Shown piece by piece: positions 1 to 11,615 of a DNA stretch of 64,000 bases. Numbering within the stretch: position 1 is the stretch's first letter; each line of letters starts with the position of its first letter. Position numbers and translations under genes: made by a program. The DNA is from Mobula hypostoma (Eukaryota): the NCBI RefSeq assembly GCF_963921235.1, contig NC_086109.1:13952001-14016000 (forward strand), written 5' to 3'. Under the pieces are notes generated by a model that saw only the letters and a list, made by a program, of their open reading frames with translations, was not told the origin of the DNA and did not search any database.

Positions 1-150
1 AGTTCTTCTTCCGTACTTGCAATTAACACTGTGTCATCTGCATATCTGAAATTATTGATGTTTTCACCGCCAACTTTGATTCCCAAGATGGCTCTTATTT
101 TTTGTAATACTGTTCCACTGTACACATTAAATAAATCAAGGGAGAAAACA
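1..150 (-). mobile_element. RTE-clade LINE reverse-transcriptase fragment (runs off window edge)
   Basis: Minus strand translates ...LFNVYSGTVLQKIRAILGIKVGGENINNFRYADDTVLIASTEEE; YADD at 33-44 in RTE-type context. Confidence 0.85.
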
Positions 151-310
151 GGGCTGAAGATTATCGGGTTTGAAAAACGTGGGGTTTTCCCAAAATGGGT
201 TAAGATTGTCAATGTTGCTTACGTTCAGTGATCTACATGGTGTCTGAAGCCAATAATGCAGGCTGAAGAAATTCTACAATGCCCAGAGCTGCAACCCAAT
301 GTGTGAATTG

Positions 311-610
311 GACATAGGAGCCGAATTAGGCAATTCAACCCATCATCTGCTCCACCATTCTATCATCGCTGATTTATTATTGCTCTCAATCCGATTCACA
401 TGCCTTCTACCTGTAACCTTCGACACTCTTAACTAATCAAGAACCTGCCTCCCACCCCACCCCCCATAACTTCTGACACCCTTACTAATCAAGAACCTAT
501 CAACTTCTGCTTTAAAAATACCCAATAACTTGGCCTCCACAGCTGTCTGTGGCTATGAATTCACCACCCTCTGGCTAAAGAAATTCCTCCTCATCTCGTT
601 CTAGAGAGAT
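311..610 (-). mobile_element. CR1 (HER1-like) LINE 3' end
   Basis: Reverse complement of the CR1 3' segment seen at 25230-25495 and 38930-39180; contains a small internal duplication of ctaatcaagaacct. Confidence 0.75.
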
Positions 611-1599
611 GAGTAGACTCTCACATTCTGTATGAATTAGAGTTGCTGTAGATTCCATCCTGCTGAGGTTCTTGATGTTTACCTCACAGACAAGACTTTC
701 ACTTGTGTGTGGGCAGTCTGCAGATGAGAACTCTTCCTCACCACCCCCCCCCCCACCTTTCACATGGTAAGAATATTCCTCCTTAAAGCTGCATTTCAGA
801 TCTAACCACTGTAATTTCAAAATGACATGGTAGGACCTTACAGATCCTGCAATTGTTTGGCATATTACCGCATGGCAAAAAAAAAATAATGGCAGAAAAA
901 TGGCATTAGTGGTCCTTTTTGGAATAGAATCTCAGAAAATTTACAAAGGATGAGGCCATTCTTCTCATCCAACCGTGCTGGCCAAAACAGACCTCCCAAG
1001 CCTACTCACAGTTCCCAGTACCGTAGCTCTACGTGAACTTTTCTTGAAGTGCGCATCCGAGTACTATTGTAGTTGCGGTGTGGGTATCTACCTCCACTGT
1101 GTCGGCTGGAGTTTCAGACTCCAACCTCCCTCTGGGTAACATTTATTTTTCTTCTTATCTCCTCTAGTTATTACACCAGTTTAAAACTTTATCCCCTGTC
1201 TCTTTAGACCCCCTTAGCAAGAGGAAACAGGCCTCTACCCAGCCGTCATGATTGTAAATACCTCCATTAGATTTCGTTCATCTTCCTTGCTGGGCGAGAA
1301 CAGCACTGGAGCAAAGTTTTATACAGTATGAGGTGGGATAAAGAGGGAAGAAAGGACAATATACACCTATATTTATTGTGCACATGAAGAAATTATATTT
1401 AAATGGTACTTTTCTGTATCTTGGGATCCTACCATCAATTCCCCAACCAATGTTACTATGGTAACTAGGTTAGTCAGAATCATCCAGCACAGAACTGAGC
1501 TATTAGCTCAGTGACCATTGATTTCCATCTTTTACATGTATCCTAGGATTATTCCAATTTTTTTTTGGTCCCCATGGATTTGGGGAATGCTTACAGCAC

Positions 1600-2385
1600 C
1601 CAGAAGCACTTACATAAACTCTGATGAAGTGCTTTGAGAAGTTGGTGGTGAAACACATTATCTCCTGCTTGAGAAGCGACGGGGATCTGCTCCAATTTGT
1701 TTTCTGGAACAGCAAGTCAAAAGCAGATGCCTCTTCGTTGGCTCTTCTCTCAAGCCTGGAACATCAGGATATTCTTCATTGATTACAGCTTTCCCTGAAA
1801 CAAACCAATAGGCTTCACTACCTCTGTGCAATTGGATACTCACTTGCAGACACAAGGCAGTTTGGATTGGTCACAACCTTCCCTCCATCGTCTCCATCTC
1901 CATCAGCACAGGTGCACCACAAGGCTGTGTGCTTAGACCCCTGCTCTACTTGCTTTATACTTATGATTGTGAAACTAAGCACAGCTCCAATGCCATATTT
2001 AAATTTTCTGATGGCACCTTTGTCATTGACCAGATCGAAGGTGGTGTTGAAGGAGCATATAGGAGGGAAATGAAACTCTGGCTGAGTGGTGCCATAACAA
2101 CCACCTCTCTCTCAATGCCAGCAAGACCAAGTAGCTGATTATTGGCTTCAACAGGAGGAAACCGAAGGTCCATGAGCCAGTCCTCATCGGAAGACCAGTG
2201 ATGGAGAGGATCAGCAACTTTAAATTATTTGGTGTTATCACTTCAATAGATCTGTCCTGTGCTCAGCTTGTAAGTGCCATTACAAAAAAAAACACAGCAG
2301 CACCTGTGATTTCATAGAATTTTGTGAAGATTTGGCAGGTCATCTAAAACTTTGACATTCTTCTATAGATGTGCGGTGGAGAGTA
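1600..2385 (+). mobile_element. Rex1/Babar-type LINE RT fragment, interrupted by Tc1
   Basis: Degenerate motifs MKCFEKLV, GAPQGCVL.PLLY.LYT.DC, KFSD, ..FNRRK across frameshifts. Confidence 0.8.
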
Positions 2386-3690
2386 CAGTACCTATAAAAA
2401 GTATTCACCCCACTTCAAAGTTTTCATGTTTTATTGTTTTGCAATATTGAATCACGGTGGGTTTAATTTGGGTTTTTTGACACTGATCAACAGAAAAAGA
2501 CACTTCCGTGTCAAAATGAAAATTACAAAGTGATCTAAGTTAATTACAAACATAAAACACAAAATAATTGATTGCATAAGTATTACCCTCCTTAATTCAA
2601 CACACCAAATTATCACTGGTGCAGCAAATTGGTTTTAGAAGTCACATAATTAGTTAAATGAAGATCATTATGTGCAGTCAAGGTGTTTCAATTGATTCTA
2701 GTAAAAATACACCGGTATCTGGAAGGTCCAACTGCTGGAGAGCCAGTACCCTGGCAAAAACTACACCATGAAGACAAAAGAACACTCCAGGCAACTCTGT
2801 GAAAAGTTTATTGGAATAGCACAAGTCAAGAGATGGATACAAGAAAATTTCCAAGTCACTGAATGTCCCTTGGAGTATAGTTAAGTCAAACATCAAGAAA
2901 TGGAAAGAATATGGCACAGCTGTAAATCTGACTAGAGCAGACTGTCTTCAAAAGCTGAGTGACTGTGCAAGAAGGGGACTAGTGAGGGAGGCCACCAAGA
3001 GACCTATGACATCTCTGGAGGAGTTACAAGCTTCAGTGGCTGAGATGGGAGAGACTCCGCATACAACTGTTGCCCAGGTGCTTCATCAGTCACATCTTTC
3101 TGGGAGAGTGGCAAAGAGAAAGCCACTATTGGGGGGAAAAAAAACTTACATGAAATCTCAGCTAGAGTTTGCCAGAAGGCATGTGGGAGACTCTGAAGTC
3201 AGCTGGAAGAAGGTTCTATGGTCTGATGAAACTAAAATTGAGCTCCAGATTAAATGCTATGTTTGGCTTACGCACATCATCACAAACACACCATCTCTAC
3301 GATGAAGCATGGTGGTGACTGCATCATTCTGTGGGGATGCTACATTGCAGCAGGCCCTGCAAGGCTTGTAAAGGTAGAGGGTAAAATGAATGCAGCAAAA
3401 TACAGGGAAATCCTGTACGCAGTCTGCAAGAGAACTGCAACTTGGGAGATTTGTTTTCCAGCAAGACAATGACCCCATGCATTAAGCCAAATTTACACAG
3501 GAATGGCTTGAAAACAACAAAGCTAATGTCCTGGAATGGCCAAGTCAGAGTCCAGACCCCAATCCAATTGAGAATTTTTGCTGGACTTGGAAAGGTCTGT
3601 TCACTCACGATCCTCCTGCAATCTGACAGAGCTGAAGCAGTTTTGTAAAGAAGAATGGGGAAACGTTGCAGTGTCCAAATATGCGAAGCT
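2386..3690 (+). mobile_element. Tc1 DNA transposon, 3'-truncated
   Basis: TA at 2384-2385 followed by TIR cagtacctataaaaagtattcacccc, homologous to TIRs at 58179 and 59855; no right TIR. Confidence 0.92.
2768..3690 (+). pseudogene. Tc1 transposase pseudogene (frameshifted)
   Basis: MKTKEHS start, [41 protein letters not shown] motifs in different frames. Confidence 0.9.
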
Positions 3691-4562
3691 GTAAGTAATT
3701 GGATTGAGTTAATCTGTTGCAGGACCCTGTAGTGTATTGTTTCTGGTTTCTCTTGGCATTTTCTGCATTTATCATCTCGAATTTGTTGGTCTTTTACTGT
3801 GCATTTTTGATAATATTTTGTGTTAACCACCTGGTCTTGTATTGCCACAAGGAAGCCTCCTGCTTCTGGGGAGAGGTCTCCAACTCTGAGCCAGCTGTTT
3901 GACACTTCCTTGTCGACATCTAGTCTGCTCAGATTGTGGAGTTGTCTTCCAAGGAGGGTCATCCTCTTCCACGGTTGACTCTCTCTTTTGGAGTGATAAT
4001 TCCTTAATTTTTCTAGATTGTGCTTTCAGTTACGCTTAGTGGTGTGTACTTATCAGAATTACATGGGATGTTGAATCGTTGTGTTTGTTGAGAAAAATAT
4101 ATCCAAAGATATATTATCTGACTGTTAGGTTTTTTTGAAATGTCTGTTATTCCTCTTCCTCCTCCCATCTAAATAGTGTTATCCAAGCATGTTTGAGTGT
4201 TCATAGTGTTTTCTAAAATTTGTCATATCAGTTCTTATTTTTCTCATGATCAGTTTCTGGCCAAGTCATTTTGCCAAAAGAGTTCGTTAATATGAGTATA
4301 GCAAAAGCGTTTAATGCCTTTGTTATATTTTTACTGTTGAGCTTTGTTTTGCAGATTTTCTTAAGCCTAGAAGTAAATTCTGTTGAAGATTTTCCCTTTA
4401 TTGGACCATGATTTTTTTTTCTTGGTTTGTTGATATCTCAGATACTTGCTTATATGTTTCATATTTATCCATCAGTTGTATTGTATCCTGCTCTGTTTTA
4501 TGTACTTCGAGCTCCATTGCACCTTTATGGTTAATGGTTTGCACTTACCCAGTCCAAAGTTG
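3691..4562 (-). mobile_element. R4/Dong-clade (RLE-type) non-LTR retrotransposon fragment
   Basis: SNSWLRVGDLSPE.GFLVAIQDQVVNT, CRKC..KPETI.H zinc knuckle; homologous to 37836-40101 and 44801-46428. Confidence 0.85.
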
Positions 4563-4914
4563 CTATTATTATTTATATTTTTTGTACTTGCACAGTTTGG
4601 GGCATCATTTCCATTTTGTTTCTTTGTCTGTCCTGTTGGGTATGGTCTTTCATTGGTTTTATAGTGTTGCTTGTATTTACTTGAATGCCCTCAAGTAAAT
4701 GAATCTCAGGGCTGTATATGGTGACATGTATGTACTTGGATAATAAATTTACTTTGAGCTTGGAAGCTCCCAAAAACAGCCATGAAAGAAGTGACTGGGG
4801 TATTCTGTTTGAGGTTTGCTGGTAAATGGACAACCAACACCAGCCAAACGTTTCCCCTGGGCCTTTGGGTTTCAGCTACAATGGCTTCTCCCCAAGTCCG
4901 ACCTTCCTTGATGA

Positions 4915-5020
4915 GATCCTGATGACGGATCCCAGCCTGGAACGTTAACCATTTATACCGTCCATAGATATCACTTGACTTGTTGAGTTCCTCCTGCATT
5001 TTGTTGCCCAATCTTGCTAT
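4915..5020 (+). mobile_element. Penelope-like terminal-repeat remnant with degenerate hammerhead
   Basis: ctgatgacggatcccagcctggaacgttaacc followed by ...gacttgttgagttcctcctgcattttg typical of this repeat. Confidence 0.6.
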
Positions 5021-5639
5021 TTTCTTCACTTAAGGATGGCTTTTCACTTGTTTGTTAGAAGGCTACCTCCTTAAGATTCCTGGTAATATCCGGGTTGCAA
5101 AATTTTCTTTTTTGTGCACAGGCTGTTCCCCTGTGTTCACTAACAATAGTGATGCTATCTCGTCAAAGAATCTGAACAGCAAAATTTCTCTGTCACAATC
5201 GTAAATCTGTGATTATTTTTCCTTGGTGAAGCGTGGAGACTTGATGATTATCTCTCCTTTCTGAGGGAGTGGAGCCTGTTTTCCACAGAGTGCTACTGCA
5301 CTTTTTATGGGTGAGAAAGCTTTAAATGTCAAGACTACTCCTTTGAACCGATTGATGCTGGCTCTCCATTAGAGTGCCCTTCACTTTATTTTCGCCTGTG
5401 GGTCTGAAGAGAATGGATGTCTATTGTTCTCTCATCTTGGCCTGTTCACCACTGATTGTTTCACACACTGCAAGCTGGCAAATACAAACAAACCCTACAC
5501 TTTTAAATCATGTTTTCTTTAAATTTTAAAAAAAGCAACTTCTGGAGTAAGGCTTCCTTATCTAAGCTTCAGATGGACAGCCATTCCAAAGGTAGTTCAA
5601 ATGTAATCCGTCGCGCTCAGAGTTCAAGGAGGGCTAAAT

Positions 5640-5860
5640 ATTGAACAGGGTGCTGGGTAAATCATGCAACCTGAGACTGAAGTGTGATCTTATAGAGGGA
5701 TACAAAATCACGTGGGTAAACGTACACAGTCTTTTTCTCCCCCAGGGAAGGGGAATTGTATAACAGACAGCCTAAGCTTAAGGTGCGAGGGGTTCGATTT
5801 TTAAAAGGAACCTGAGGGTCATCAACAGTTTCCTACTGTGGGTGGTGGATGCATGAGACT
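5640..5860 (+). mobile_element. Old CR1 LINE 3' ORF2 fragment
   Basis: Degenerate RLKCDLIEGYKI and RQPKLKVRG..FK similar to the CR1 C-terminus. Confidence 0.6.
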
Positions 5861-5898
5861 CTGGCAGGCTTTTACAGGGAAATAAATATAATAGAATT

Positions 5899-6272
5899 AC
5901 AAGACATAGCAGAATTAGACCATTCAGCCCATCGAGTCTGCTCTGCCATTTCCTCATGGCTGATCCATTTCCTTCTCAACCCCAGTCTCCTGCCTTCTCC
6001 CCATAACCTTTCATGGCCTGATTAATCAAAAACCTATCAACCTCCCCCCAGTGACCTGAGCTCCACAGCCGCCCGTGGCATAAATTTCACAGTTCCACCT
6101 CCGAAAGAAATTCCTCCCCATTCTGTTCTGAATGGACGTCCGTCTATTTTGAGGCTGTGCCCTCTGGTCCTAGACTCTCCCCGCCAAAGGAAACGTCCTC
6201 TTCGTATCCACTCCATCCAGGCTTTTTGACATCGATAGGTTTCATTGAGACCCCTCCTCATTATTCTAAATT
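5899..6272 (-). mobile_element. CR1 LINE 3' end
   Basis: LEFRIMR..L.ET, GESRTRGHSLKI.GRPFRTE and the tail hairpin tcgatgggctgaatggtc. Confidence 0.85.
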
Positions 6273-6540
6273 CCAGCAATTATGTAAAGCTATACTTAAA
6301 CACTGACAAACAAGCGAAGTGCAAAAGAAGACAAATTGTGAAAATGTAGAAGAAAACTGCTGAGAACCAGTTTGCGTATCTGCTGCCTGATGGTAGTAGT
6401 GAGAAGAGAGCATGTCCTCGATGGTGGGTGTCCTTGATGATGAATACTGCTTTCTTGAAGGAGCAATGCTCCTTGAAAATGTGTTCAGAGTAGGAAGGGC
6501 TTTGCCTGTGATGGACTGGACTGTATCCACCGCTTTCTGC
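6273..6540 (-). mobile_element. Rex1/Babar 3' fragment
   Basis: VDTVQSITGKALPT, .IIKD.HH..H motifs plus AT-rich 3' region. Confidence 0.7.
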
Positions 6541-6939
6541 GCTTAATGTAATGTCGGCAAATACATTATTTATTGTTCTTAACGTAGCAGTGCAGATTGT
6601 TCAGACCCTCTGGTGGCTAGAGTCTAGCCTGTTTGGTGCGATCACATCTGATCAACCTCTCTATTCTTAAAGAGAACAATTGAGCACCTGGAGCCCCTAT
6701 TCACTGGATCTTCTAGGAATTTACTGAAGTGTTGAGAATTCTAAGGGGGCTTGACAGAGAAGATGGATGTCTTCGTGGAGAATTAAAAACCAGGAGACCT
6801 TGGCTTTCAGAATTCTGGTAAACGAGAAGTGTATAGAGGCTAGCCTAATTTTTAAGTCCCAACGGGATAGAGATCAATGCGGCAGATTTTAGATTTCATG
6901 TTTCAGTGATCTATCAAATGTTTCGATCCTCAAAGTTAG

Positions 6940-7275
6940 TGGATCGGCCACCAAAAAGACAGCGTCCATCATGAAGGACCCCCCTCATCGCACCACCTCC
7001 CAGTGCATGCCCTCTTCTCATTGCCACCGTCAGAGAGGAGGTACAGGAGTCTGAAGACCCACACTAAGTGTTTTAGGAACAGTTTCTGCTCCTCTGCCAT
7101 CAGATTTCTGAACAGACAATGAACCCATGAACACTACCTCATTATTTCTGCTTTCTTTTTGCACGATCCATCTATTATAAGTTATAGATATATTTTATGT
7201 ATTGCACAGTACTGCTGCTGTAAAACAACAAATTTCATGATTCATATCAGTGATGATAAACCTGATTCCGATTCG
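6940..7275 (+). mobile_element. Rex1/Babar 3' end
   Basis: SIMKDP.H...HALFSLPPS.RRYRSLKTHT..FRNSF.SSAIRFLN; tail gataaacctgattccgattc. Confidence 0.75.
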
Positions 7276-7494
7276 TTGGCCTGTGACTCAGGCACTTGTT
7301 CCACTGAACTATAGAAGCACAGAGGTAACAACCTGCGTTAGGAAATATTAATGGTTACTTCTACTTCTTTGGAGTGCTGCTGTTGGGTCATCAGTGGGAT
7401 GAAGGCTACTGTGTTGATTTCTAGGCCTAAACAAATTAAAAGTCAAGCTGATCAAATAAATATAACTGTGCCTCATCCTAGATTTAAGACATGA

Positions 7495-7830
7495 ATCAGA
7501 TTCAGCTTTTATTATCATGACGTGGATGTGCTCAATGTTGGAGAGTGTTTTTCCTGTTATGGACTTGGCAGTCTCCACCACTTTCTGTCGCCTTTTCCAT
7601 TCCAGTGCGTTGGTCTTTCTATACCACACCGCGATGCAACCAGCCAGGGTACTCCCCACTGTGCACCAACTGAAGTAGGTTAAAGTTTCTGGAGACGTGT
7701 CAAATTAATGCAAACGTTTAAGAAACTAGAGGAGCTGTTCCACTTTCTTTGTGATGACACTTCTGTGGTATTTCCAGGGAAGATCCTCTGATAAGCTAAT
7801 ACCAAGGAATTTAAAGCTCTTGCACTCTCC
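7495..7830 (-). mobile_element. Rex1/Babar fragment
   Basis: STLAGCIAVWY...QKVVETAKSITG on the minus strand. Confidence 0.7.
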
Positions 7831-8147
7831 ACCTCCATTCAAGTTTACTTTGAACTTGACATTTATGTTTCGTTCTATTACAGACTTTCCCTTGTATTAC
7901 CAGATTGTACGTGATGAAATGATCTATATGGAGGGCATGCAAAAAGAGTTTTCCACTGTACCACAGAACATGTGACAACAATAAACCAATTCCTGATGAT
8001 TTATCTTGTTGAAACAGAGAGAGGACTGGCAATCTTGTTGCCAATTTGTACCAAAGGTCCTTCCCTCTCTCATTCATATTTCCTTCATATTCATGAAAAT
8101 GCCTGTTTCCTCGACTACCCCCGATAACCAGTTCAGGTACGGACCAT

Positions 8148-8485
8148 CAATGTTCCCACTAATTTGTAATGACCAGTGTGTGCAAAAAAAAATCTTGTGC
8201 TGTGCAATTTTTTGCCCAGTGGCACCAACCAGTGCACTTTGAATAACCTCTTCAATAAAACCAGTACTAAAATCTGCAGACAAATCACTGCAGACTCCAT
8301 GTTGTCAACACCGCCTGCATCAGAAACTGGAGAAGGAAATGTGATTGCATACGGTTATCAAATATACTTAACATGCCAACGAGGTTAGAGGGTGACAGCC
8401 TTTTGTGCACAGTTTAAATTACTTTGTGCACTAATAACAAAAAATGCGTGTGCACGCACATGTACACACCTTGGAGGGAACATTG
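8148..8485. mobile_element. Non-autonomous hAT element (MITE, 338 bp)
   Basis: TIR caatgttccc.../...gggaacattg; 8-bp TSD cggaccat (8140-8147) / ccgaccat (8486-8493); repeated subterminal tgtgca. Confidence 0.85.
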
Positions 8486-8493
8486 CCGACCAT

Positions 8494-8880
8494 TCTCTGT
8501 GAATAATTAAAAAAGGCTTGCCTTTGATGCTTTCAAACTCTTTCCCCCACCCCACCCATCCTTAAATACATGACTGTCTACTCTATCTATGCCACTTGTA
8601 ATTTTAAAAAAATCCTCTGATGTCTCCCCTCAGCCTCCGGCACTCTAAGGAGAACAACCCACGTTTGTCCAGCCTTGGAGCATATCATCCTGGTGAACCC
8701 CTTCTTCATCCTTTCCCCATCCTAGAGTGACCAGAACTGCACATAATACCCCAGGTGCATCGTGGCTGAAGTTTTATGAAGCTGCAGCGAAGTCTCCTTT
8801 TGTTTTATACTCAGCTGCCTTACCAATGTAGGCAAGCATGCTGTATGCTGCCTTTAGTACCTTATCCACTTCTGTAGGCT
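8494..8880 (-). mobile_element. Old CR1 LINE fragment (host of the MITE)
   Basis: Degenerate KAAY.MLA.I, LHKT..T.HL.Y..QFWS on the minus strand. Confidence 0.7.
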
Positions 8881-8975
8881 CTGACAATTGGATTAGGCCT
8901 CGGGTCTACAGCCCAGTGTAGTAAAGGTTCAATGGCCAGTGGTGGCACTCACAAGTACCAGAGGGGAAAGAAGTT

Positions 8976-9490
8976 AAAGCAACACACATCAAAGTTGCTG
9001 GTGAACGCAGCAGGCCAGGCAGCATCTCTAGGAAGAGGTACAGTCGACGTTTCAGGCCGAGACCCTTCATCAGGACTAACTGAAGGAAGAGTTAGTAAGA
9101 GATTTGAAAGTGGGAGGGGGAGGGGGAGATCCAAAATGATAGGAGAAGATAGGAGGGGGAGGGATAGAGCCAAGAGCTGGACAGGTGATTGGCAAAAGGG
9201 GATATGAGAGGATCATGGGACAGGAGGCCTAGGGAGAAAGACAAGGGGGGGGGGTGACCCAGAGGATGGGCAAGGGGTATAGTGAGAGGGACAGAGGGAG
9301 AAAAAGGAGAGAAAGAATGTGTGTATAAAAATAAATAACGGATGGGGTACGAGGGGGAGGTGGGGTATTAGCGGAAGTCTGAGAAGTCAATGTTCATGCC
9401 ATCAGGTTGGAGGCTACCCAGACGGAATATAAGGTGTTGTTCCTCCAACCTGAGTGTGGTTTCATCTTTACAGTAGAGGAGGCCGTGGAT
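8976..9490 (-). mobile_element. Penelope-like element 3' part (GIY-YIG C-terminus, pyrimidine-rich UTR, terminal repeat)
   Basis: TLRLEEQHLIFRLGSLQPDGMNIDFS on minus strand; flanked by agaagtt duplication (8969-8975 / 9491-9497). Confidence 0.88.
9041..9078 (-). ncRNA. Minimal type I hammerhead ribozyme motif
   Basis: Minus strand UAGUC CUGAUGA AGGGUCUCGGCCU GAAAC GUC|GACUG: stem I AGUC/GACU, intact core, GUC triplet. Confidence 0.8.
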
Positions 9491-10059
9491 AGAAGTTTGC
9501 TGAGGCAAGGGCAAGAGACTGGGAATAACGATAGCTCTTGAATGAAGCGAGTACAGACATAATGGGCGGAATGGCCACTATCTGCATTGTTCTTGACTCC
9601 TATTGGAGAGGGGGCTTTTGTGCCACACGGTGAGTAACCTTTCAAAGTTTGTGCTGGCAAGATGCATGTTTCTAGACTCTACTTCCCCACTCCTGTCCCG
9701 GGACAAGGGGTGCAGTGGGATGTAGGTTAGTGGTCCAGATGCCCTTTATGGGCTGCCTCACTGGGTTAAACCAGGCAGGTTGTCGTAGGCCAGAGAGAGG
9801 AAATGCAGAGACAGTTTGTTGAAGTGACCATACTAGGAACACTGCTAGCAATTTGTTTTAAGTCCCAAGGTAGAGTATCGGCATAAACTTTGAAAAATAA
9901 ACACTGGTCCCTTTTAGTCATTTAAATCAGCGGTGCCTAATAAGAAAGAGGATGTGACTGTCTCCCTTCCGCCTGGGAAGTGGGGTTTGAACAATTTATT
10001 ACGGGAGGTCTGTGGGGTTTGAATGATACTAACCGGCTGTCAAACTCGGGAAGAATTCT

Positions 10060-10285
10060 CTGCAAGTCAGGCAACATTTCTGGAAGGAAAAGGCCAGTTG
10101 ATGTTTTCGGTCTAGACCCTTCATCTGGACAGAAAGAAAGAGGGGAGATGCCAGGGAAGGGGTAGATGAAGAGTCTCAAACCAAAGTGTCAATTGACAAA
10201 TTTCCCTCCCCAGATGGAGCACAATCAGATACTGCCCGGCCCGTTGAGTGTTGCTCCAGATTCCAGCACCTACAGTCTCTTCTCT
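10060..10285. mobile_element. Old Penelope-like inverted terminal-repeat remnant
   Basis: Degenerate minus-strand arm (~10060-10160) followed by a plus-strand arm starting at gatgaagagtctc. Confidence 0.65.
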
Positions 10286-11164
10286 CCATCTGAATTAAGA
10301 TAAGTTACTTTTTGGAGCAACCAAAAGAAATACTTATTCTGACATGAGAGTCCCTGGCTTGGACGGATGCGCAGTGTCCCCAAGGAGTCCTCAGGACCCT
10401 CTCAGCCCCTTCCAAGGAGCAGGGTGCTATAATACCAACAGATGACAGGAATGGAATGGTATTCTACCGAGGATGAACATTAGCGGAAAGGGGTTTGAAC
10501 AGTGATTCCCATTTGGGGTGAGGGGTTTACTTGTCCTAACGGGGCATTAGGGGAAATAGAGGTCATTGGGGGGGGCGTTCAAGACTCTTGGGGGCAGCGG
10601 TAAGCAGCATGAGTTGAGTCGCAAAACCTGACCCACTGTTAGTTGAGCCCGCATTTCCCCAAAAGAAAGGATGAGGCACTGGAACCCAGGAAGAACCATA
10701 GCTCTGCAGGCGATGAAATAGAGCTAATCAGTGAACTTGCCAACCCCGAGGATTTGCCTTGAGGTGTTCAAAGCAACCACTCCTTCATATGTGCCATGAA
10801 GAGCCATCTTTGGGGATTATGAGACCTTGCAGGATTGGTCAATCACGCTAACTGGACTGGTATAAAGTTAGCTTGCCAAACACCAGCCCTATCTTGACTA
10901 ACATTCAGAGTCTACCGTCGTTCCATTCATGTCAACTCGCTGATGTCATCGACATCCAATAAACATTTCCAGTTTGTGTTAATTTCTGATTTTAATTTAG
11001 CCCTGCTAATGATGGATAAATACATATGATGCAATCTCTGAGCCTGAAGGTAGTGAAGCCTTGAACTTTAATCCTCTTCTAAGAAACAAACTACAGGAAG
11101 TGCGTCAATACAATGCTATGTACCTGGAGTATTTTTTATTCCATTCCTGTCAGATCAGCATTGC

Positions 11165-11360
11165 AAACAACAGGAATTCTGCAGATGCTGGAAATTCAAG
11201 CAACACACATCAAAGTTGCTGGTGAACGCAGCAGGCCAGGCAGCATCTCTAGGAAGAGGTGATGAAGAGTCCTGACGAAGGGTTTCGGCCTGAAACGTCG
11301 ACTGCACCTCTTCCTAGAGATGCTGCCTGGCCTGCTGCGTTCACCAGCAACTTTTATGTG
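11165..11360. mobile_element. Short Penelope-like insertion with inverted arms
   Basis: 13-bp TSD agatcagcattgc (11152-11164 / 11361-11373); ~55-bp near-perfect inverted repeat. Confidence 0.9.
11268..11303 (+). ncRNA. Minimal hammerhead ribozyme motif
   Basis: AGUC CUGACGA AGGGUUUCGGCCU GAAAC GUC|GACU. Confidence 0.8.
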
Positions 11361-11408
11361 AGATCAGCATTGCCCCAGGTTTCTTATTTGTAATACCGTA
11401 CTGTCTAA

Positions 11409-11615
11409 GAAAGGGAGAAATAGAATGCCTTGCATTACAAGGCTGTATACCTGGGAAACGTGGTAGAGGAAGGCAAAGAAGAAAATACATAGACACTGAA
11501 AGAACTAACAGATTTAGGTGTGCGAGATATCATTGATGCTGCGAGGAATCGTTCAACGTGGAAAGCCATGATCGCCCTAGTGTGTAACACGCAAGGCACA
11601 TGAAGAGAGAGAGAG
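11409..11615 (+). mobile_element. 5'-truncated RTE LINE 3' end
   Basis: KGEIECLALQGCIPGKRGRGRQRRKYID; (GA)n tail; 9-bp TSD actgtctaa (11400-11408 / 11616-11624). Confidence 0.88.

Noticed and set aside
3324..3962. 212-aa minus-strand ORF as a chimeric protein
   Set aside because: R4 fragment running into antisense Tc1 across a deletion junction; no start context or evidence of expression.
5100..5210. Possible exon after ttttgtgcacag (CSPVFTNNSDAISSKNLNSKISLSQ)
   Set aside because: Weak donor, no recognisable protein similarity, no partner exons.
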